18,381 nt of DNA, taken from positions 167,147,234 to 167,165,614 of the forward strand of contig JANKJI020000002.1 of the NCBI GenBank assembly GCA_024626585.2. The letters are read 5' to 3'. Position numbers and translations under genes: made by a program. This document shows, in pieces, positions 9,660 through 18,381 of the stretch; the stretch's first letter is position 1; each line of letters begins with the position of its first letter. A model generated the notes under the pieces. The model did not search any database. It saw nothing but the letters and a program-made list of their open reading frames with translations, and was not told the origin of the DNA. The stretch is from Ginkgo biloba. Taxonomy: Eukaryota; Plantae; Ginkgophyta.

Positions 9660-12280
9660 GATTTTGATTGATTGAGGGATATTCAGGACTATTGTTTATA
9701 TGATTGAGTGGAGTGTACTACCATCTTTTTCTAGAATTTCATTTCATTTGAGGCATTGAGCTTAGTGTTCTATTGGTATCTCTCTCCTTAGAACATAGAA
9801 TGAGAGGTAGTTCTAGGTGATAACTACTTTTTAAATTGTTATTGAACTGTATAATGTGTTCTAGTTGAGCATTTTCAAAAGTGATTGAGTTTTGACAATG
9901 AATATGATTCAGGTGTTTTGACAGATGCATGAGACTTTCTTTATTTTAGATGAGAGCATGGAGTTAAGTAGCTTGTTAATTCTCAAAGGATGGCATGATT
10001 TGATGGGTTCTACACGGTTTTAATGATAATTGCTCTTGTTGGAGATGGAGATTGGTTTTCTTGTTATATAATCAAGAGTCATTATTCTAATCTTGTTTGA
10101 GCTAATAGTTTGTTATTGTTTTTTAATAGTTCACTTTTTAAATTTGTCTATATTAACTTCTATGACAAATTTGTACTTGTTTCTAACAAAGTCGTAAACA
10201 CCTTTCTTTTTGTAAAATGAAGTTTGATGACAATTTTTATTTTTGGTAAACTCATATCTATTAGGAATGTCCACACTTGTGTAGTGTGTTCTTTATCTAA
10301 TATATCATTTCAAGGCATTGAGTTTAGTGTTCTCTCTTTGTATCTATCTCCTAAAATCATAGTAGGTAGTTGTAGTGGGTTACTAATTTTCAAATTGCTA
10401 TTGGAGGGGCAAAGAAAGGAGGATGCTTTTAGTGCTATTTATTTTTTAGAGTTATTACTAGCTTTTGATTGATTAAGGAATATTATGGACTCTTGTTTAT
10501 ATGATTGGATTTCAAGGGTCAATACTTATTGTCTTCTCTGTCTCATATGTCATTTTTCTCAAGGCATTCAAGTTGGTGTTCACTCTTGTTATCTTTCTCC
10601 TTAAAACATAGTAGGTAGTTCTAGGTGGTTACTAATTTTTAAATTGCTACTGGAGTGACAAATGTGTTCTACATGAATGTCTTGAATTTGTTATTTTGAA
10701 ATGATTGAATTGTGACAATGAATGTGATTAAGGTATTTTAACAAATGAATGAGACTTTCTTTATTTCAAATGAGAGTGTGGAGTTGAGTTTCTTGTTAAT
10801 GCTCAAAGGATGGCATGATTTGATGAGTGCTCTAAGTTTTTAATGATAATTACTCTTGTTGGAGATGGAGATTGTTTTGCTCATTATGAAATCAAGAGTT
10901 GTTAATTTGATGTTGTTTGAGCTAATATGATAGTTTGCTATTGTTTTTGCATAGCTTGCTATTTGAATTTGTTGATATTGATTTCTATGATAATCTTGTA
11001 CTTATTTATAGTAGCAACTATGTAACACCTTTCTTTGTATAATGGATCTTGATGACATGTTTTTGTTTCTAGTAACCCATATCTATTAGGATTTAATTTC
11101 AGATACAAGAAAATATGATTTGTTTTTGAGATATTTTTCTTTTTGGTAAATCGTATCTGTTAGGATTTAATTTTAGATATAAGAAAATATGATTTGTTGT
11201 TGAGTTATTATTTTAGATTGTTGTAGATTTCTAAGAAATTTGTATTTCTTGTTGGCTAAAAATTACTCCCAATAAATAATTATAGGGAAAAATATTATAC
11301 TGCTTAACTATTTTGATGTGTATAAATAGTTAACAATTAGGGATAAGACTATTTTTGTTGTACTCGTGCTTGTATCTTGGAGGGGCAAAGAAAGGAGGAT
11401 GTTTTTAATGTTGTTTATTTTTTAGAAATATCTAGGATGATTTTTCTTACTAACTTTTGATTGATTTTGAGGGATATTCTCTATTGTTGTTTATATAATT
11501 GGGTTTCAAGTGTCCACACTTGTGGAGGGATTGTGGGCTATTTCAAAATTCATTTGCACTAGACCTTGTGGATGACTTTCAAGTGACTTTGGAGTGTCTT
11601 CTTTGTCTAGTATGTCATTTCATTTGAGGCATTGAGTTTGGTGTTCTCTCTTAGTATTCTATCTCCTAAAAACAAAGTAGGTAGTTCTAGTAGGTTACTA
11701 ATTTTCAAATTGCTATTAGAGGGGAAAATAAAGGAGGATGTTTTTAATGTTGTTTATTTTTTATAAATATCTAGGATGATTTTCTTACTAGCTTTTGATT
11801 GATCGAGGGATATTTTAAACTATTGTTTATATGATTGGGTTTTGACAATCCACACTTCTTTTCTTCTTTGTCTATTTTATCATTTTTCTTGAGGCATTGA
11901 GTTTGGTGCTCTCTCCTTCCCCCCCCAAAAAAAAACATAATAGGTAGTTTTAGGTGATTACTAATTTTAAAATTTCTACTGGAGTGACTTATGTATTCTA
12001 CTTAAATCTCTTGAATTTATTATTTTGAAGTTATTGAATTGTGATAATGAATATGATTCAGGTGTTTTGATATATTCATGAGACTTTATTTATCACAAAC
12101 GGGAGAGTGGAATTGAGTAGCTTGCTAATGCTCAAAGGATGGAATGATTTGATGAGCGCTTCAAGTTATTAATGATAATTGATCTTGTTGGAGATGGATA
12201 TTATTTTTAATATTATGTAATCAAGAGATATTAGTCTGATGTTATTTGACTTGATATGATAGTCTGCTACTATTTTTTTA
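9660..12280. repeat. Degenerate modular tandem array, T/G-rich on the + strand
   Basis: ttttgattgat... starts at 9662, 10463, 11455 and 11793. The aggcatt...gtaggtagttctagg block occurs five times (~9751, 10313, 10562, 11627, 11892). ctcaaaggatgg..tgatttgatg...ggagatgga occurs at 9982, 10802 and 12131. gagggg.aaa.aaaggaggatg occurs at ~10404, 11380 and 11719. A local ~52-bp duplication lies at ~11079-11130 and 11153-11204. Confidence 0.9.
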
Positions 12281-12436
12281 TTTTTTTGCAAAACCAAAAA
12301 ACGAGATTATATTAATAAGGTTCAAAATGACAAAATNNNNNNNNNNNNNNNNNNNNNNNNNNNNNNNNNNNNNNNNNNNNNNNNNNNNNNNNNNNNNNNN
12401 NNNNNNNNNNNNNNNNNNNNNNNNNNNNNNNNNNNN

Positions 12437-13781
12437 GTACGAGTATGTGTACTACTATATTTTGATGGATGAAACTAGCATTTGATCATTGTATGCAAGT
12501 TGCCTTGCCTCTATCTTCACTATGATGTATTTATAACAAGTCTAAGTTATTCTTTGATGCAGGTAGAAGGCGGGCTATTACAATGGTATCAATGTCTAAG
12601 GGAGCAGAAAGATTCCAAAGATGGAATTTGAAATTTTGAAGAAGTTAGAAGCTATATAAGATGAGATAAAGAAATTGAAAGAAGAGAGGAAGAAATTGGA
12701 GAACCCTATCCTAACCTATGAAAATAGGAGGAAGCAAGNNNNNNNNNNTTGGAGAAAGAACCTTCAACAAAATTGGAAGAAGAGGTAGGGATTTTCAATT
12801 TTGAAGAACATGGGGAAGTTCAGGAGCAATCTAATGGTTCCAAAGATCAAGAACCAAAGCATAAGAGAGCTTGATGGGAATGAAAATTGCTTTAGACCAC
12901 AAAGCAAATGTGTAGGTACCAGCTTATGATGGTTGAATAACAAGATCATCATTCCGATCTTGGGTAAGAACGATATAGTCATCCTTTTCATCCTTTGATA
13001 TTTTGGAAGGAAATAAAGTTACCATGGTTACTTTTGCTCTCACAAAAACTACCAGGGATTGGTGGAATGGTGTACGGATAGAGATTGAGGATGGCATGAG
13101 GTAGTGGATTACTATGTGGTTTGATTGAAGGAGGTAATGTTCAAAAAGTATGCATCATAAAATGACATGCAGGAGTCCTACAATTAGTTGCTTGCCCAGA
13201 AGCAAACAGGCACAATGCAGGAATATAGCAACAACTCAGATGCCTTGTTTGCATGATTGTCCAATCTACCCATGATGTATAGGATGCACCACTTCATTCA
13301 TGGTTTGAAGCCTCGCATTCGTCAAAGCATAGTGGTGACAAGACCTCGGAGCATAAAAGAAGAGGTAAAACGTGCCTTGCAAGTATAAGTTGCCCAATTT
13401 AATTAGGTTGAGCCATTTGAGAAGCCATTCTAGCCAAAGGAGGAGTTTAGAAAGTCATTCTTCAAGTCTAGTAAAAAGTCCTTTGGTTAGAAAAAGTTTT
13501 TTCTATAAGCATTCACTTCAAAATAAGGGCAAAGAGAAGGTTAGGGGAGACAAGCCATCTCAACCCGAAGGAGAGAAAAAGCCCCCTATGAAGTGCTATG
13601 AATAAAGATAAGACCACTACAAAAATCATGTCCCTACCTATGACTAACCAATAATGTCAAGCAGGACTAAGAAGCAATCGCAATGGTATATAAGGAGAAG
13701 CGGTCTCGAAACACACTTCCTCAAAGAGTAAGCTTGAGGTCATTTTAAAAATTTCATGATGTTGAATTCTTTGTGATAAAA
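12437..13781 (+). mobile_element. Ty3/gypsy LTR retrotransposon fragment, copy 2: LTR 3' end, PBS, decayed gag with zinc-knuckle remnant
   Basis: ...gggctattaCA (12582), then TGGTATCA (12584-12591). Gag-like peptides KVTMVTFALTKTTRDWWNG (from 13015) and KQTGTMQEYSNNSDALFA*LSNLPMMYRMHHFIHGLKPRIRQSIVVTRPRSIKEEVKRALQV. Degenerate CCHC KCYE*R*DHYKNH at 13591-13630. Many stops; bounded by gaps. Confidence 0.85.
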
Positions 13782-13881
13782 NNNNNNNNNNNNNNNNNNN
13801 NNNNNNNNNNNNNNNNNNNNNNNNNNNNNNNNNNNNNNNNNNNNNNNNNNNNNNNNNNNNNNNNNNNNNNNNNNNNNNNNN

Positions 13882-13934
<53 letters not shown>
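13882..13934. repeat. Compound microsatellite, (TC)16 or more followed by (AC)10, abutting a gap
   Basis: Read directly from the sequence. Confidence 0.97.
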
Positions 13935-14717
13935 ATATAACACAGATTAGCATTCAATGGCAATGACTCAATGAGACAAATTTAGCAAGATCTTGCACAA
14001 TCCATGAAATGATAAAACAATTATAAATGCAGACTAATACCTCACATAAATTAATCCAATCTCTAACTCGTCTCTCACAATGTTAAAATGACTTGATCTT
14101 TGATTCAACCTTCCTCTAGGCAGTTAGGAAATTGAGGGACCCGCCTCTTAATACCAAACTACCCACCTAGTTACTCCAATTAGTCATTGTTTACATCGTT
14201 CACAACTCGACAACATGTTAGACTTGAGCTCTTAACCACCAGTGCTTAGTCACATGACTTCTGCTAATGCAACATAACTCATTAAATCTCTACACTCAAT
14301 AGAATGAATCATAACTTGACAATACACAAGTACCCAGTTTTGTGCTTGGGTTGGCTTTGGTGTGCACAACTGACCATATGCAAATATCAGCTAGCAAACA
14401 TACTCCAAGAAAACTGGAGGAAGAACATGAATTTCATCAACCACTTACATAATTTATGTAGATACATGAGGCAGTTTCAACCATCTTCCGGAACAGAGCC
14501 AACTGATTTCCTGATTACTTTTATAATCTATCTTAAAATCTGATTTACTCTCAGAACTAGAACCAAAATGACAAACAGAATTACGCTTGGTACCAATCGC
14601 AGGTAACAAGCTTGCCCTCGCTACAGATTGAGGGTATCTGCTTAAGCTTATTTTAACCTAACTATTGCACACAAAGGGCTTCAGTGTCTTGCCTTGCATC
14701 ATTTTTAATCCCTTTAG

Positions 14718-14787
14718 CCTTTTTCAATTTTTACTGATGTATACATAAGCATCCTTTTTCAATTTTTACTGATGTATATACAAGCGT
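14718..14787. repeat. 35-bp tandem duplication
   Basis: cctttttcaatttttactgatgtatacataagcat / cctttttcaatttttactgatgtatatacaagcgt. Confidence 0.9.
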
Positions 14788-15602
14788 AAATGCTTCCCTT
14801 CAATTGCATAGTTTGATATCAATTCTTGAAGCTTCCCTCACTAAATAACAGGTCAAGATGCAGCACCCAAGGGACATAGAAACACTTAACACAAGTCAAA
14901 TCCACCCCCATATGTTCCCTATATATGCATGCCAATATGCTCTCCTCCATGTTTTGTATTTGAGGTCAACAAAACTCACTTGAAGGGCATATGAAATCTA
15001 GGACTTTGTGGCTCCTATTGGACTGGAGATTTAGCTGGTTTTAAGCAGGTTGACCACCCTTCTTAAAAATGGATTTACCTGCTTCCCACCCTCTGTTGGG
15101 AGTACTTTGGCTCACCATGGCCAGATTGTATCTCAATTCTGTAGTTAGAAATTAAATGATAAGTCTTTATGTATGTTTGTCAGAAGTGAGGCTAGGATTG
15201 ATGGGTTGGCTTTGGCCAGTTATCTACTTGGATCATTTCATGTGCATATGAAGTGCATATACAGGCTGTTTTAGAGAAAGCTAGAGACAAGTAGAGCCTT
15301 TCAAACAATTCTCTATGTCTTATGTGTAGGCTAATCTTTCACTACAATGGCTTCAGGTGCTCTTTGTATGCCCAGTCAGCAGGGGGTGATTTTGAACATG
15401 TGTTCCAATTGTTCCATTTAATACAACTGGATACTTAACAATTGTAAATAATGATGATATTTGAAAGGAGTAATTATGCTCTTGTTAATTTGTCATTTTT
15501 ATGTGACCTTTTTATATTCTCATTCTCTAAAAATAGACCATATATCCTCCACATGCAAATAATCAAGTTTCAACACTGTTTACCACAGGTATTTTATTAT
15601 AC

Positions 15603-15786
15603 CATGCACTTGAGGATCGGTATTAAGATCAAGAACGGTATCGAGCACTTTATCTTCAGATGCATCTCCTGGCAGGTCCACATCAAAAGATTTCATCCCT
15701 ACCTCTGCACATGCTTTTCTCTTCATGCGTACATAAGTCTGGGAGTCTTTCCTTTCACCGACGATGACAACAGCCAATCCAGGCAC
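15603..15786 (-). CDS. FOLD2: FolD-family bifunctional 5,10-methylene-THF dehydrogenase/cyclohydrolase (FOLD2-like), internal exon A
   Basis: Translates as VPGLAVVIVGERKDSQTYVRMKRKACAEVGMKSFDVDLPGDASEDKVLDTVLDLNTDPQVH(G), including the conserved YxxxK motif. Acceptor gtag|GTG at 15787/15786 and donor G|gtataa at 15603/15602. Length 184 bp, ending in phase 1. Confidence 0.95.
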
Positions 15787-16777
15787 CTACAAAGTATGAT
15801 GCATATATCATAATTTAATACAATACTCTAGCAGATATATTAATAACATAACACAAAGCATATTTTCGTGACACATTATCAAGGTTCTCTGCAAGAGATC
15901 CCAGAAACTACTTCATCACGAGCTCCTAGATTTGACTAAGACCAGGGTGGTTGAAGCTACCAAATACGAAAAGACAACCAAGATAGTCAGCCACCTGATT
16001 AATGCATGTATTTGTGTTAACTGATTAAGGCTTCAAAATGATAGAAGCTCCCAGGCACAAGGAAAGAAGCAAGGTTGCATTTGTTCACATGGAAGGAGCC
16101 TACAGTATAGTTCTCTGAAAATTTGGGTGCACCACGTGGCATAAAAAAAATAGTGGCTTCTTGAGTGTCTTTTTTATGTATTTCCTGCAAAATCATGCGG
16201 AAAAAAAAGCAATTAAATGGCCACTCTTTGTGTTTTTTCCCTTTATGTAACGTGTCTTTTAGATTAGGATTTAAGTTAGGGTGAAGTTCGAAGGAAAATT
16301 TACGGTCTTTAAGTTCAGTTACTCCTATTTTTTAATTTTTTCAAGTTCTTAGTGGGAGATGGCTGCTGCCAAATTGAGGACGGCCCAACCATCCCAGGTA
16401 CAGTTCAAGTATGGCCTGACAGTCCAGTACCAGAGCGGGTGACCCAGTTTTGCTCCCACCTGTCTGGATGCATGCACCCAGCTACTTTGAAAATAACATA
16501 GAAGCTTCCAACCACAATTTCTTACATCTTTGGATATGTTGCCTGAGGATGCTAGAAATGTACCTGAAGACATTCAAAAGGTCATCAAGTGATATGGCTC
16601 CAAGAGGTCAGTCAATCAATTTGTTTGATGTAAAATTACACTAGAGACAGGGTTTTGCATAATATAATAATAATATGCATGTATGAGCTCAAGATAAAAG
16701 CAAAAAAAAATGTAGCTCTTAAGGCAGTCAATGAGCAATTAGCCTTAATGGCACGAGACTAAGGAGTTAATCTCTAG

Positions 16778-16853
16778 AGAGATAAACTCTTTATGACTAA
16801 AATTCAAATAAATAAGGTTATGGTTACTATTATCTTTGATAGTGGAAGTCAAA
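16778..16853 (+). mobile_element. Ty3/gypsy aspartic protease N-terminal remnant, running into a gap
   Basis: RDKLFMTKIQINKVMVTIIFDSGSQ, with catalytic D-S-G at 16838-16846. The element probably extends several hundred bp upstream. Confidence 0.7.
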
Positions 16854-17071
16854 NNNNNNNNNNNNNNNNNNNNNNNNNNNNNNNNNNNNNNNNNNNNNNN
16901 NNNNNNNNNNNNNNNNNNNNNNNNNNNNNNNNNNNNNNNNNNNNNNNNNNNNNNNNNNNNNNNNNNNNNNNNNNNNNNNNNNNNNNNNNNNNNNNNNNNN
17001 NNNNNNNNNNNNNNNNNNNNNNNNNNNNNNNNNNNNNNNNNNNNNNNNNNNNNNNNNNNNNNNNNNNNNNN

Positions 17072-18381
17072 GAAGGCAACCTCATTCCAGGTATTCGATC
17101 CAATTTTGCGGCATTAAAGAGCCCAACAAACCCCTTGTAGAAGTCGTTGGCCTTATAACAAACTCAACGATTAGATTTTGCAAAATAACAACACCCTGTT
17201 TGGTTTCCAGATCAATTCGCGACCCCTTTCTTGGATACAGGCATTCTAGACAGTAATCCCTAAAATTTCATCCCAGTAAGTTGTCATTATTATAAATATT
17301 TTTTGAACTATACCATTGTTTATTTCAATATATATAAATTAACTAAATTTGGTGTACTTAGAAAGGATCTAAGCCCTAATATTGGGTGTTTGACAATACT
17401 TGAGGTAGGGCACCCTTGGTCATAAGGCCTAATTATCTCATTTAGAGGCAGTAATCATTATATGATGAATTTATTTTCTCTCTTTATACATTGACATTTT
17501 ACATCGCCTTTTGGTTAAACTTGATTTCTTAACAGTGTTATCAAAACTGAATATTCAGGTCTGTGTTTGTTGAATGATCTGGTTAAGTTTGACTACTATT
17601 CTCATTTTTAGGTAGACACTGTGAATTCTGGTTTTGGGAAAGAATTATTTGCTTTAAAGCATTTTTATAGATATGGGGAAGAATAGAGAGTGGCCCAAAT
17701 TCAGGAAGAGCTTGAAGCCTAGGCCTGTGGAGTTGCTGGAAAGTGTCATCATTTGGATCTATATCCTATTCAAGCATCATTCTTAGATGTTGAAAGTTTC
17801 AACACTTCTGAAGAATATCATTTACGTACCCTGGAAAATTTCTGCTTTTGGCAGGTTTCAAGTCGTTTCCATGGCAATATTTGGCAGTCTTCTTTAATGT
17901 CGCAGATTTCGAGTGTTTTCTCAGCATATTTCTTGGGGTCACTTTTAAGATGATATCAATATAGTTTTCTCGACAGATTCATGGCAAATTTTCTAGGAGA
18001 TTGAGGGATAATTAGCATCTTTCAGAAGTTATAGATCTGTATGAAATTGTTTACAATGTATAAACATACCAATGGAATCAAGAACTAAACCAGAGGCACT
18101 GTGAGGAGCTCTTTTGTGGCTTTGATTTGAGTAGATGGGAAAATCTCATTTTTTCTATCTTAGTGTAATAGTTGAGTTTTAATACCATTGATAATTTGAA
18201 GCCATATCCATTAAGGTGGCTACATAAGGATTCTAAGATGCAAGTTACTAAGAGGTGCATTTTTAAATTTGCAATCTTTGAGAACTTCATCAATGAAGTT
18301 GAGTAGGATGTAATTCCTTTATATATATATGAAATCATTCTTAGAATACCATATTTATGGGATAAAGATGTCATTTTCCTT
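17072..18381 (+). mobile_element. Internally deleted Ty3/gypsy element: LTR 3' part, degenerate PBS and decayed protease running off the window
   Basis: ...ttcttaaCA (17534), then tgttatcaaaac (9/12 match to TGGTATCAGAGC). 18100-18381 reads CEELFCGFDLSRWENLIFSILV**LSFNTIDNLKPYPLRWLHKDSKMQVTKRCIFKFAIFENFINEVE*DVIPLYIYEIILRIPYLWDKDVIF. This fits the gypsy protease pattern NLIS..LV..L...HPKPYPLGW...QVTKQC...FAI...F.DEV..DVVPL..C.I.LG.PYL.D. Confidence 0.8.

Larger units (their letters stand above)
1613..15602 (-). other. Giant phase-1 GT-AG intron of the FolD gene (~14 kb as assembled, contains four N-gaps)
   Basis: Exons A and B join without missing residues (QVH-G|GT-ILVQ). True length is uncertain because three of the gaps are exactly 100 N. 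Confidence 0.85.
1223..17071. other. Assembly gaps (N-runs) at 1223-1278, 2669-2768, 12337-12436, 12739-12748, 13782-13881 and 16854-17071
   Basis: Seen directly. The three 100-N runs are likely placeholders of unknown size. Confidence 0.99.

Noticed and set aside
9660-12280. CRISPR-like array
   Set aside because: Eukaryotic context with long degenerate modules and no identical short repeats separated by unique spacers.
12272-12336. Possible reverse-oriented LINE 3' tail (T-run before the gap)
   Set aside because: Too short and truncated by Ns.
13740-13963. ORFs with CVCV/ERER runs and other ORFs spanning N-gaps
   Set aside because: Artefacts of the microsatellite and of N-runs.
15787-18381. 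FolD first exon (IIDGK motif)
   Set aside because: Not found on the minus strand; presumably beyond the window or in a gap.

Overview
AT-rich plant genomic DNA from a gapped scaffold with six N-runs. The long intron and the type of Ty3/gypsy protease point to a large-genome lineage such as a gymnosperm, which is inference. The host gene is a minus-strand FolD-family methylenetetrahydrofolate dehydrogenase/cyclohydrolase resembling cytosolic Arabidopsis FOLD2. Three internal exons (15786-15603, 1612-1455, 1061-849) splice in frame at GT-AG sites; the first and last exons were not found in the window. The ~14 kb intron (1613-15602) holds decayed Ty3/gypsy LTR, PBS, gag and protease remnants. 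It also holds an antisense (+ strand) run of gene fragments: an intron-retaining GH32 cell-wall-invertase/FEH-like pseudogene with its 9-nt micro-exon, an unidentified exon-like island, and a probable UBA2C-like C-terminal fragment. A ~2.6 kb modular T/G-rich repeat array follows them. This looks like DNA-level gene capture, possibly by a Helitron or Pack-type element, but no element termini were found and the block lies between unsized gaps. All protein identifications are from recalled family motifs, not database searches. I found no convincing evidence of a new functional system.
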